A stretch of DNA of 64,000 nucleotides from an uncultured Pseudomonadota bacterium (GCA_963715725.1 OY970272.1:2922665-2986664), one strand, 5' to 3'. Numbered from the stretch's first letter, positions 24,741 through 35,808 are shown. Translations and numbers: made by a program. The notes: a model not told the origin generated them from the letters alone.

Positions 24741-25444
24741 GTCAGTACCGTGGCATACGTTTCTTTATCCGCCGCGTAACACGCGCAAGCAGCCGCTTGC
24801 AGGGCTTCTGCGTCGAGGATCGTGAGCTTGCCGCGGGTGTAACGGATCAGCTTGCGCCGTTTCAGAGAATGGGCGGCTCCGCTCACGCCCGCCCGACGCA
24901 CGCCCAGCATGTTGGCCAGGAATTCATGCGTGATGTGAAACTCATCGGCGTGCGCCCGATCCCGCGTCATCAAGAGCCAGCGAGCGAGCCGCGCCTCCAC
25001 GAGATGGAAGCGGGTGCAAGCGGCCGTTTGTGCCAACTGGCGGAGCGTCACATAGAGATAGCGGTTCAGATGCCGCTGCAGCGCTGAGCTATGTTTGAGT
25101 TCGCGGGAAAATGCAGCCACGTCCATTCGCCAAGCGGGGCCTGCGCCCTGCACCAACGCGCGCAGCGGTGCCGTATTGACGCCCAAGATCAACGAGGCTC
25201 CCAGCATCCCCTCGTCGCCAACGAGTCCCACCTCGAGGCCGGCTTCACCATCAATCGGAGTGATCAGGGAGATGAAGCTGTCCGTGGGAAAGAAGACGTG
25301 ACGAATGTGCTCGCCGGGCTTGCAAAGTACCTCGGCAAAGCGAAGCTCAACCTGCTCGCAGCGCGCCAGCAGATGTTGACGATCCTTGCTAGGCAGAGCG
25401 GCGAGCAGACGATTCTTCGCGACTAACCGCACCGGCTGTAACAC
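24737..25444 (-). CDS. Crp/Fnr-family transcriptional regulator (paralogue of 23272..23988)
   Basis: 235-aa ORF. Same architecture ([44 protein letters not shown]-terminal ACACY). Confidence 0.88.
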   Translation of the reverse strand: MLQPVRLVAKNRLLAALPSKDRQHLLARCEQVELRFAEVLCKPGEHIRHVFFPTDSFISLITPIDGEAGLEVGLVGDEGMLGASLILGVNTAPLRALVQGAGPAWRMDVAAFSRELKHSSALQRHLNRYLYVTLRQLAQTAACTRFHLVEARLARWLLMTRDRAHADEFHITHEFLANMLGVRRAGVSGAAHSLKRRKLIRYTRGKLTILDAEALQAAACACYAADKETYATVLT

Positions 25445-25641
25445 GAAATTCTCCGCTCCGTTGTGTGCTCGGGGTAATACCCGATATCGCAGGATAACTG
25501 TGGGCTTGGCGATGATCTGTTCGGTGGAACACTGACAACGGATATCGGTCGCTCAGTTCATGGGTACGCCAACGTACAGACCCCCTGAAGCGCTTGGCGC
25601 ATCGTTACGTGTGTACACGATCGGTGTGTGCAGGCAACACT

Positions 25642-26967
25642 ATGTCCCGGAACGTACTTCTCATTCTTGCGGAAACGACGGAAGGCAGCGCCGTCCGACG
25701 GGCGATCATCAACTCATGCGACGGTCCCTTCCACGTCGAATCGGTGAGTCGATGTGGGGATGCAATAGAGCGGCTCCGCCACCGGGGAGGGGAAGACATC
25801 GCAGCCATGGTGGTCGATCTCTTCCTCCCAGATAGTCAGGGCATCGAGACCTTCGACAAGTTGTTCCGCATATCGCCCCACATTCCCATCCTGGTCTGGA
25901 GCCGCCCGCGCGACGAGGATGTCGCAAGGCTTGCCCTCCAGCGCGGGGCGCAAGACTATCTGTTGGCTGACCGCCTCGACGACCTTTCGTTGTCAAAAGC
26001 GCTGACCAGCATGCTCGAGCGCTCGACTTACGCAGACGCGCTGTTCCTAGAAAAGGAGCGCGCCCAAGTCACGCTTAATTCTATCGGGGATGGAGTGATC
26101 AGCACCGATGTCGCAGGCCACATTACCTATCTCAATCCGGTTGCCGAAAGCATGACGGGTTGGTCATCGCAGGAAGCCTGCGGGCAGCCCCTTCAGAACG
26201 TGTTGCGAATGATCGATGGCGATACTCGCGAGCCCGCCATGAATCCCCTGGCGATGGCGATTCTGCACAACAGAGCAGTCGGCCTGAGTGCGAACTGTGT
26301 TCTGGTGCGGCGCGACGGGTACGAATCGGCTATCGAGGACACGGCCGCCCCCATTCACGACCGGCGCGGACACCTGACGGGTGCGGTGATCGTTTTTCAC
26401 GACGTGAGTGTGGCGCGGGCGATGTCGCTCAGAATGTCCTATTTGGCCCAGCACGACTTTCTCACGGGGTTGCCCAACCGTATGTTGTTGAACGACCGAT
26501 TGACGCAGGCGATCGCATCTGCGCACCGGCATGGCACATCCCTGGCATTGCTGTTCTTGGATGTGGATCACTTCAAGCGTATCAACGACACCCTGGGTCA
26601 TGCGATCGGCGATCAGCTGCTGAAGTCCGTCGCACAACGACTGGTCGCATGTGTGCGACACTCGGACACTGTCAGTCGTCAAGGCGGGGATGAATTCCTG
26701 GTTCTTCTCTCGGAGGTGAGCCGTGCGCACGATGCGGCCGTGAGTGCAGACAAGATTCTCGCGGCGCTGAGCGTACCCCATCGCATCGAGCATCAGGATG
26801 TGCACATCACAGTGAGCCTGGGCACCGGCGTATACCCACAGGATGGCACGGATGCCGAGACACTCATGAAGAATGCGGACACGGCGCTGTTCTACGCCAA
26901 GGGCGAAGGGCGCAACAACCATCAGTTCTTCAACCCTGATATGAAGGTCGGCGAGCTGGCGGTCTGA
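25642..26967 (+). CDS. receiver-PAS-GGDEF diguanylate cyclase
   Basis: N-terminal REC-like domain (VVDLFLPD). PAS (LNSIGDGVISTD..ITYLNPVAESMTGW). GGDEF domain with intact RQGGDEFLVLL. No EAL domain. Confidence 0.88.
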   Translation: MSRNVLLILAETTEGSAVRRAIINSCDGPFHVESVSRCGDAIERLRHRGGEDIAAMVVDLFLPDSQGIETFDKLFRISPHIPILVWSRPRDEDVARLALQRGAQDYLLADRLDDLSLSKALTSMLERSTYADALFLEKERAQVTLNSIGDGVISTDVAGHITYLNPVAESMTGWSSQEACGQPLQNVLRMIDGDTREPAMNPLAMAILHNRAVGLSANCVLVRRDGYESAIEDTAAPIHDRRGHLTGAVIVFHDVSVARAMSLRMSYLAQHDFLTGLPNRMLLNDRLTQAIASAHRHGTSLALLFLDVDHFKRINDTLGHAIGDQLLKSVAQRLVACVRHSDTVSRQGGDEFLVLLSEVSRAHDAAVSADKILAALSVPHRIEHQDVHITVSLGTGVYPQDGTDAETLMKNADTALFYAKGEGRNNHQFFNPDMKVGELAV

Positions 26968-27038
26968 AGCAGACGGCCCGGACGTTTTCCTGGTCGCAAA
27001 TCATCCGGGCGATACTGGCCATCCGTGCCCGGGGCGCT

Positions 27039-27320
27039 TCATTCAGAAGGGGGCCGTTCGATGCTGCCATTACGCTGACGGACGACGAGGCGGACGAGAG
27101 CTATCAATGCCGCACCGGCGGCGCCGGCAATCACCAGAGACTTGATCGGCGCGCGCTTGATGTACCCGGAGGCGCGCTGGGCATTGTCGCGCGCTTCGCG
27201 AAATCCAGCTCGAACGGCGTCGGCGCCACGTTCCGCCAGCGTGCCAGCGTCATTGGCCAACGGCGCTGCCTGGTCAGCAAGATTGTTGGTGGGTTCCGGA
27301 GAGGGTGTCTGGAAAGTCAT
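27039..27320 (-). CDS. DUF883 (ElaB/YqjD-like) membrane-anchored stress protein
   Basis: 93 aa. Charged helical N-part and C-terminal anchor YIKRAPIKSLVIAGAAGAALIALVRLV, typical of the family. Confidence 0.7.
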   Translation of the reverse strand: MTFQTPSPEPTNNLADQAAPLANDAGTLAERGADAVRAGFREARDNAQRASGYIKRAPIKSLVIAGAAGAALIALVRLVVRQRNGSIERPPSE

Positions 27321-27564
27321 GAAGGAGTCCTTCGAGGTTGGTGTGAAATTGTATGCAGATCGTAACTTCTGGCGGCCGGGTTTGCGGCAGTGCTCGCGCT
27401 TCGGGTCAAGAGTGAGTCAACGTAGTGTTCAATTTGCGCGCATTGGTTGTTGCAGTCGGTGCGTTATCGAACCGATCTGATCCCTCTTGGCATACCTGAT
27501 GCCCGCGGTGGTGCGCCTCACAGAGGCGGGGCCTTTGCTTGGGGGGTTGCAGCCGACATCAAGT

Positions 27565-28803
27565 CTACGAAGTCGAAGATGGCCGCCGGAACGCCGTTTG
27601 CGAGCCAGGAGGCGGGCTCGCGGACTTGCCCGCCAGTACATACGTCGGCAAGCGGTGCGCGAAACGCCGAAGCGCGTGTATCGGGCTGTTATCAGCCTCG
27701 GCGCACAGCGACCGCAATTGTTCCAGGGCGCGTGCATGGCTGGCGGACATTCGATCCCAAGTCTGCTGCAAGCAATCTCGAAACTCGATCACGGCTCGCA
27801 GCGCCTCGTAACGTTCGAGCAGCTCGCTGAGCTCCTGGTGGCCCCGTTCGTCGAGAAGCGATGGGTGTCGAAGGAGCAGCTGCAAGGCGCTTCGCGTGAG
27901 CTGACCCGAACCTTCCCGCTCGGCGAGCTCCCGAAACACGGGCCGTATCACGCCGCGGCGGTAGTCTCGCAGTACGTGCAGTCGATTCGTGAATAGCGCC
28001 TTCACGGTGTCAGCATCGATTCCGGCGTGGCCGCGTACGATGGTCGGCGATGGTGCCAGGCTGCCGACGCGCGCGAGACCGAGCGAGCGCAATAGACAGA
28101 TGAGCAGCCAGCCCGTGTCCAATTCCCAGGGTTGCACGGAGAAGCGCGGCGAGGCAGGAAACGCATGGTGATTGTTATGTAATTCTTCGCCCGCGATCAA
28201 CAAGCCCCACGGCAGGAAATTCGTGGCCGAGTTTGGCAGCTCAAAGCTCCGATAACCGATATGATGACCGAGTCCGTTGACGATGCCAGCGGCGAAAAAG
28301 GGTTGCGCAGCGAGCTGCAAAGCGAGCATGGTAATTGCCGGTATGCCGAACACTATCATCTGCAACGTGATGAACACTGAAATGCCGAGGACGGGAAAGC
28401 GGCTGTAGAGATTGCGCTCCAACCAGTCATCCGGCGTTCCACGCCCATAGTTGGCGAGAGTCTGCGGATCGCGGGCCGCTGCTGCGTAGAGTTCGTAGCC
28501 TTGCAATAGGACCCGCCGCAGACCAAACACTACCGGGCTGTGCGGGTCACCTGGCCGATCCACAAACGCGTGGTGACGTCGGTGAACCGCAACCCATTGC
28601 CGCGTCACAGTGGCTGCGGAGAACCATAACCAAAATCGGCAAAGGTGCCGCAATACCGGATGTAGCTGCAGGCCGCCATGGGACTGATCGCGGTGCAGGT
28701 ACAGAGTCACCGCGAGGAACATGATTTGTACCATTGCGAAGGTGAATACGGCATAGCCCCAAAGCGGAAGCTGGACCAGGCCATAGGGAAAATGCGACGG
28801 CAT
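27565..28803 (-). CDS. membrane fatty-acid (acyl-CoA/acyl-lipid, DesA-like) desaturase
   Basis: GGAGG 9 nt upstream of ATG 28803. Three His boxes (HRDQSH, HRRHH, HNNHH) and TM segments. The longer ORF-track start lacks support. Confidence 0.85.
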   Translation of the reverse strand: MPSHFPYGLVQLPLWGYAVFTFAMVQIMFLAVTLYLHRDQSHGGLQLHPVLRHLCRFWLWFSAATVTRQWVAVHRRHHAFVDRPGDPHSPVVFGLRRVLLQGYELYAAAARDPQTLANYGRGTPDDWLERNLYSRFPVLGISVFITLQMIVFGIPAITMLALQLAAQPFFAAGIVNGLGHHIGYRSFELPNSATNFLPWGLLIAGEELHNNHHAFPASPRFSVQPWELDTGWLLICLLRSLGLARVGSLAPSPTIVRGHAGIDADTVKALFTNRLHVLRDYRRGVIRPVFRELAEREGSGQLTRSALQLLLRHPSLLDERGHQELSELLERYEALRAVIEFRDCLQQTWDRMSASHARALEQLRSLCAEADNSPIHALRRFAHRLPTYVLAGKSASPPPGSQTAFRRPSSTS

Positions 28804-28978
28804 CAGTCGAATACCTCCGGGGGGGCCGGTTGCCACATGCCTATCGTGCGCAGCTACGGTGCGCTGCCCGCAGGGGAAGTTCGGTACGGTGGCGCACACT
28901 TTACGAAGGACTGTTTCAAGCGGTGCAGTGGCCCAGCGAGCGGCCGGGCGATATCCGGATTGGGGGCTCAGCGCTAAC

Positions 28979-29665
28979 TCACGCGATGGTCCCTTCCACA
29001 CTCAATCGGTGGGGCGCTGCCGCGATCTGGCTGGACAGAGGCAGGGCCGCCATGGAGGGAAAGACTTCGCAGCGATCATCCTCGATCTCTTTGGGACGGG
29101 TATGGAGGCGACTCAGACGCGTCAACTCGTGAGCAATCTCGTTCGGACGCAGCACGGCTCCCACGCATCCCGTTTCGATGGCGCTGATGGGCATGCTGGG
29201 AAAGCGCGCAGATCCCGGGTATTGCGCAAATGTGATGCCACCGGCTTTCTTGATGGCTTGTATGCCGAGGGCACCGTCGGAGCCGCCACCGGAGAGGACA
29301 ACCCCGATTGCGCCAGCGCCACGTTCTGCGGCTAGAGACGCGAATAGCACATCCGCCGGACCCTGGAGGGCGCTTGCGCCAGAACTCACACTGATTCGGC
29401 CATCGATGATTGTCAGAGCAACGTTGGCGCGCATGACGTAAACATGGCCTTGCTCCGGCACGACGCCATGATGCGCTTGGAGCACCGGATGACTGGTTGC
29501 CTTTGCAAGAGCGTCATGAAGTAGCATATCGCGTCGGCCTGGTTCGAAATGTTGCACGAAAATGAAGACCTCGCCCCATGTGACGGGCAAAGCGGACAGC
29601 AGCTCGACAACGGGCCCGGGGTCTCCTGCCGAGGAGGCCACGGCTACAATGGGACATGGATCCAT
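28979..29665 (-). CDS. stand-alone CheB-like methylesterase domain protein
   Basis: 228 aa. IVAVASSAGDPGPVVELLSALP and VVLSGGGSDGALGIQAIKKAGGITFAQ mirror the CheB part of the 1542-aa hybrid. No receiver domain. Confidence 0.75.
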   Translation of the reverse strand: MDPCPIVAVASSAGDPGPVVELLSALPVTWGEVFIFVQHFEPGRRDMLLHDALAKATSHPVLQAHHGVVPEQGHVYVMRANVALTIIDGRISVSSGASALQGPADVLFASLAAERGAGAIGVVLSGGGSDGALGIQAIKKAGGITFAQYPGSARFPSMPISAIETGCVGAVLRPNEIAHELTRLSRLHTRPKEIEDDRCEVFPSMAALPLSSQIAAAPHRLSVEGTIA

Positions 29666-29930
29666 GCATTACTCGCGCAGATATGTGCTCAAGAAATAGC
29701 CCCGATGCTCGATCTCGAACACCGACCGGCACAGCCTAATCGCCATCGCCGCAGAAGTCGGTGCGCTTGCGAACCGAGCAGCGGCCGCAGAGGACAGATG
29801 TACCCAGGCGACGCTTGGACCCTTTGATGCGGGTATACCCCCGCCGCGCGCAGCGGGGGCGCTCTGTGTCCTAGCGTACCGACTCCCAGTTTCAACGCGT
29901 ATAGCCTGCTCCAGGAGGCAGAAGTGCGAT

Positions 29931-30455
29931 ATGCGCGACACCGAGACCACGAGCTGGAGGCGCTTTTCCGACTTAGCGCACAAGCATGCCGATTCCTGCA
30001 GTCCTCGCGGCTTACAGTCGCTGCCTGTCCAGGTAAGAAAGGCGCAACCCCTAGGGACTTCGGAGAACAAAGGCGGACAGCCCGCGCCAGTGAGGATCCT
30101 GATCGTCGATGACGATATCAAGTCCTCGGGCTCGCTGGAGCTCATGTTGAACGCAGCGGGCTATTCGCAGACTCGCGTTGCTTACTCCGGTCATGCCGCG
30201 CTGGCCATTGCGGCCGAGTTTCAGCCCTCCGTCGTGCTGCTCGAGCTCAACCTGCTGGATATGAGTGGCTATGAAGTCGCGCGGTTGTTGCGCGAGCGCG
30301 CGCAGGGCGATGACCTGCGATTTATTGCACTGATCTCCGGCCGCGAACACGCGGGCCGCGAGCTCGCTCGCGTGGCGGGATTCGAGCGCTATCTTCTAAA
30401 GCCGGTCGCCGCCCTCGATCTCGCGGGATTACTACAGATGGAAAGAAGATCGTGA
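29931..30455 (+). CDS. single-domain CheY-like receiver with N-terminal extension; Glu at acceptor position
   Basis: 174 aa. REC hallmarks ILIVDDD, ALIS, LLKP. The residue 44 positions after the DD pair (CheY D57 equivalent) is Glu in VVLLELNLLDMSG. Paralogue of 34643..35182. Confidence 0.8.
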   Translation: MRDTETTSWRRFSDLAHKHADSCSPRGLQSLPVQVRKAQPLGTSENKGGQPAPVRILIVDDDIKSSGSLELMLNAAGYSQTRVAYSGHAALAIAAEFQPSVVLLELNLLDMSGYEVARLLRERAQGDDLRFIALISGREHAGRELARVAGFERYLLKPVAALDLAGLLQMERRS

Positions 30456-30513
30456 TCAATGATCCAGTCCGGAATACGCGGCCGGTACGTTGCCTTCGTT
30501 TTCGACATCCGCC

Positions 30514-30541
30514 CTTGAAATCAGCACTTACGCCGCCACTA
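30514..30541 (+). promoter_or_regulatory. weak candidate sigma-32-type promoter upstream of groES
   Basis: CTTGAAA (30514-30520), 13 nt, CGCCACTA. The -10 element matches the consensus only partially. Confidence 0.3.
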
Positions 30542-30582
30542 ACAACAAACATATAGGATCAAATTCAAAAGAGCGCCCAACT

Positions 30583-32534
<1,952 letters not shown>

Positions 32535-32658
32535 GAAGCGCAGCGGTGCCCATTCCCGATGGCCTCAACTCATCCTGCCGTATGGCCTCTCCGATACATT
32601 TAGCAGCATCGCAACGAATAAAGTTCGCCGCACTCCTAGACAGCCTTGGAGGTCACTC

Positions 32659-33078
32659 ATGAGTCTGAGCCTGCTCGACGCCTTTCGGAAGTTCGGCTCT
32701 GAGCCGAGCAATCGACTGCGTTCGCTTTCCGCGATGTCAACCGATGGAGCCATGGTGCTCAACTGCTCTTACGCGTATTTCGGACGTCCTGGGCGGGGTG
32801 TGCTTCGTTATGAAGACAGACTGTCTCGCGAGGTGCCCGCTAGTCGGTACACCGAGCTGCTAAGTCAACACTTGATGCAAGCGCGTGACGGCGCACTTCC
32901 GGTCCGGATGGTAGTGACGACTCCCGTCGGGGGCGAAAGCAAATGCAGCCGCAGCTTCCACGTGCGCACAGATCTGATTGGCAAGGTAGTGAAGTTTGAT
33001 GGAGACCATTTCATCATCGACTTCACGCGACGGGAGGAGTTACGCGAGGCCGGGATGTGCAGCAGCGACATGCAATAG
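32659..33078 (+). CDS. hypothetical protein
   Basis: GGAGG 6 nt upstream of ATG 32659. 139 aa (MSLSLLDAFRKFG..VKFDGDHFIIDFTR). No motif I can name. The upstream part of the ORF-track ORF overlaps groEL and is discounted. Confidence 0.55.
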   Translation: MSLSLLDAFRKFGSEPSNRLRSLSAMSTDGAMVLNCSYAYFGRPGRGVLRYEDRLSREVPASRYTELLSQHLMQARDGALPVRMVVTTPVGGESKCSRSFHVRTDLIGKVVKFDGDHFIIDFTRREELREAGMCSSDMQ

Positions 33079-33146
33079 TGACCAGTTCGGGGTGAACGGA
33101 GCCGCTGGGCGATGACTAAGTACGCTGGCTGGCCGCGCGGGGATAC

Positions 33147-33362
33147 ATGGACAGAAAACAAATACTCGAGCACTTAGCGCTCGCTGACCGGCAGATACTG
33201 GACGGTGAAAACGTCCTGAGCCGCCAACGGGTGCTGATGGAAAAGATGGTGCTCGCAAGACAGAACACGACAGCAGTGTCCGCTACGTACGAGGAATGCC
33301 AGCGCGCGCAGCGCATACATATCGACCATCGTGGCAGGCTCAGGAGACTGCTACCGGCTTAG
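33147..33362 (+). CDS. small coiled-coil hypothetical protein
   Basis: 71 aa, MDRKQILEHLALADRQILDGENVLSRQRVLMEKM... Resembles from memory a small helical family seen in proteobacterial stress clusters. Confidence 0.45.
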   Translation: MDRKQILEHLALADRQILDGENVLSRQRVLMEKMVLARQNTTAVSATYEECQRAQRIHIDHRGRLRRLLPA

Positions 33363-33480
33363 CAGCGGCAGTACGCAAAGCGTCGGACCAGACCTGCGAA
33401 AAACTCCAATGTGCGCGGCCGCACCGACGCCCGAGGAGCAGCAATTCAGCATGGTCGACCGAACGACACAGGCACGCTCA

Positions 33481-34266
33481 ATGAAAAGCAGCTCCTTTGT
33501 GAATGCCGGCAGAGCAAGCTGGAGCCGCTGGCTGCTGTCGTTTTTCCCGCTCCTGTCGTTGCTTCCTGGAGGCGTCGCGGCCCAGACAGATGCCGCGCGT
33601 GAGCCTCCGACTCATGCACGTGCCAGCCACGAGGGCGGCGGTTGGGACTGCTTGCAAGGCTACGAGCGGCAGGGGCAAACGTGTGTGGCTATCCAGGTAC
33701 CGCCAAACGCAAGCTTTGATACCTTGCTCAACCGGTGGGAGTGTAGCCGCGGCTATTTGAAGGCTGGTCAGCGGTGTGTGGCGGTCAAGCTCCCCGACCA
33801 CGCCTATTTGGATGACTCCTCTTTTGGATCAGGATGGCGATGCAACCGCGGTTACCACCAGACCGCGACGAGCTGCATAGAAGTCCTTGTGCCGACGAAT
33901 GCGTTCCCTGTGGACTCATCATACGGTCGCGGATGGGAATGCAATCGTGGTTTTCAGCCGGTCGGGGAGGCTTGCGCCCCGGTCAAAGTTCCCCTCAATG
34001 GGTTTCTCGGCCGTGGCGGCGACTATTGGCAATGTGACCGCGGTTTCATCAAGCGCCTAGAGTCATGCGCTGCTATCCAAGTACCTCCGAACGCGTACCT
34101 CGATGCCAGCGGCGAAAGTTGGCAGTGCCAGCGCGGATTCAGGCAGGAAGGTAGGGCCTGCACGGCGCTGCAGGCGCCCGCACACGCGTATCTGGATTAT
34201 TCCGGCAATAGCTGGAGTTGTGCCGACGGTTTTCATAGGCAACGCGAGAGATGCGCCTCCGATTGA
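33481..34266 (+). CDS. secreted cysteine-repeat protein (7.5 tandem ~31-34-aa repeats)
   Basis: Signal peptide MKSSSF..LLSLLPGGVAAQ (alternative start 33451). Repeats follow W-x-C-x-R-G-[FY]-x4-6-C-x3-V-P-x-N-A-[YF]-L-D. Confidence 0.75.
   Translation: MKSSSFVNAGRASWSRWLLSFFPLLSLLPGGVAAQTDAAREPPTHARASHEGGGWDCLQGYERQGQTCVAIQVPPNASFDTLLNRWECSRGYLKAGQRCVAVKLPDHAYLDDSSFGSGWRCNRGYHQTATSCIEVLVPTNAFPVDSSYGRGWECNRGFQPVGEACAPVKVPLNGFLGRGGDYWQCDRGFIKRLESCAAIQVPPNAYLDASGESWQCQRGFRQEGRACTALQAPAHAYLDYSGNSWSCADGFHRQRERCASD
33643..34263 (+). repeat. coding tandem repeat array (WxCxRG[FY]..C..VPxNA[YF]LD units)
   Basis: Units start at WDCLQGY, WECSRGY, WRCNRGY, WECNRGF, WQCDRGF, WQCQRGF and WSCADGF (the last is truncated). 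Confidence 0.8.
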
Positions 34267-34339
34267 TCCGACCCGCGACGATCTCTATTGCCGCCGTTCC
34301 TCTGGCGTCAGGCCAGCCACTCTGCCAGGGAGCACTGAT

Positions 34340-34573
34340 ATGCCCTATCGCAAAATTACCGAAAGCGTCACCTGGCACTGGTGTTACAACTGCTCAGGCT
34401 GGCCGCTCCGCGATTTCCGGCAGCGCGAGGACAAGCCGCCGACGTGGAACAACCAAGTGTTATGCGAGGAATGCGCGACACGCGATTCCTGCAGCAGCTG
34501 TCAGCACTCAGTTTTTCTGGAAACGGGACTGCCATCTGATAGTCGGCTGCGGACCTCTGCGGTGCATAAGTAG
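34340..34573 (+). CDS. small Cys-rich protein (WHWCxNCSxWP ... CxxC)
   Basis: 77 aa from the internal ATG of ORF 34103..34573: MPYRKITESVTWHWCYNCSGWPLRDFRQREDKPP..LCEECATRDSCSSC. Resembles from memory a small conserved family in proteobacteria. Confidence 0.5.
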   Translation: MPYRKITESVTWHWCYNCSGWPLRDFRQREDKPPTWNNQVLCEECATRDSCSSCQHSVFLETGLPSDSRLRTSAVHK

Positions 34574-34642
34574 TCCCAAGCCGCGACTGGGGGCCACTAC
34601 TGACGGCGGCTATAACATCTAGCGCACGCCAAGAGGGCCAAT

Positions 34643-35182
34643 ATGCAAGACATGGTCGCACCGAGCTGGAGGCGCTTCTCCGACGAAGCGGGCAAGCATG
34701 CCAGCCCTCGCAGTAGCGACCGCGCCGCGGTGCCGTCAGTATACGCAGACGAACAACAGTTGGAGATTTGGGAGGACGAAGGCGGCCGATCCGCAATGCG
34801 CGCCGAGCCGGTGAGAATCCTGATTGTCGACAATGACACGAGATCGTCGCTTTCGCTGGAGCTCATGCTGCATGTATCAGGCTACTCCGAGACTCGCATT
34901 GCCTCCTGCGGCCGTGCCGCGCTAACCACCGCAGCGACGTTTCGGCCTTCCGTAGTCCTGCTCGAGCTCGACCTGCTGGATATGAGTGCCTACGATGTCG
35001 CGCGGCTCATGCGTGAGCAGGCGCAATGCGATGACTTGCGATTGATCGCGCTGACGTCCAGTCGGGAGCACACAGATCGCGAGCTTGCTCGTGTGGCGGG
35101 CTTCGAGCGCTACCTACTGAAGCCTGTCGCTACTCCGGAGCTATCGCGGGTATTACAATCGCAACGAGTGGGCGATCGTTGA
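34643..35182 (+). CDS. single-domain CheY-like receiver, paralogue of 29931..30455; Glu at acceptor position; WEDEGG in N-extension
   Basis: 179 aa. Shared SWRRFSD N-terminus, ILIVDND, VVLLELDLLDMSAYDV, ALTS, LLKP. N-extension carries EQQLEIWEDEGG. Confidence 0.8.
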   Translation: MQDMVAPSWRRFSDEAGKHASPRSSDRAAVPSVYADEQQLEIWEDEGGRSAMRAEPVRILIVDNDTRSSLSLELMLHVSGYSETRIASCGRAALTTAATFRPSVVLLELDLLDMSAYDVARLMREQAQCDDLRLIALTSSREHTDRELARVAGFERYLLKPVATPELSRVLQSQRVGDR

Positions 35183-35195
35183 TCCAGCGAGAGAT

Positions 35196-35441
35196 CACTG
35201 GTTGACCGCAGCGCGCCTGGACACCGCGGTCATTCTGAATCGGTCAAGAAGGGCAGGCGGTGTTCGGCTACAACGCAGCGAGCGCCGAATTCGGCGACAT
35301 GCTGGAAGGCGGCATCCTGGATCCCACCAAAGGTGCGTTACCGCACAGACTGCCCCGCTTAATGGACATACTGTCGCTTGATGATGCGTTGTGTCCGTCA
35401 GGGGAGTGAGTGCCATGGGCGCGGCAAGGGCACATGAGTGA
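35196..35441 (+). pseudogene. groEL 3'-terminal relic
   Basis: 35228-35330 aligns to groEL 32278-32385 (AVILN.., [21 protein letters not shown] versus [21 protein letters not shown]). A 2-nt deletion and further decay follow. A possible Gly-Met tail remnant precedes TGA at 35439. No groES or groEL 5' part. Confidence 0.8.
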
Positions 35442-35465
35442 TCAGAATCAGCAACGCAGGTGTGA

Positions 35466-35711
35466 ATGAAACTAGTGCAGATTTTGGCGCTCGCGCAGGA
35501 ACGCATGCGGTCCGGGCAACTACCCGCAGATCTTCCCAGCAAGATTTGGGCAGGTCTCGGCGACGGCCACAACTGCGCAGTTTGCGACCAGGTGATTAGC
35601 ACCGCCGAGCGACAGTACGCCTTCGCCGTTCTAACTCCCGGCGGGCTCATCGATTATCGCTTGCATTTCTCCTGCCACCAGGCGTGGATAGGATGTCACA
35701 GCATTGTCTAG
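35466..35711 (+). CDS. small CxxC hypothetical protein
   Basis: 81 aa with NCAVCDQVI..YRLHFSCHQAW. Occupies the position after the groEL relic. Confidence 0.45.
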   Translation: MKLVQILALAQERMRSGQLPADLPSKIWAGLGDGHNCAVCDQVISTAERQYAFAVLTPGGLIDYRLHFSCHQAWIGCHSIV

Positions 35712-35808
35712 GGAACGCGCGGCTAGGCCGTCAGATCCTTTTTTGGAGGGTAGCGCCCAGGTAAGGTCCGGTGACCTCCAGGGCGGGCCCCGATAGCTCC
35801 GCCCGACG

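Noticed and set aside
30521-30545. CIRCE (HrcA operator) upstream of groES. TCAGCACTT resembles the TTAGCACTC half-site.
   Set aside because: No matching inverted half-site (GAGTGCTAA) follows after a 9-nt spacer. There is only one degenerate half.
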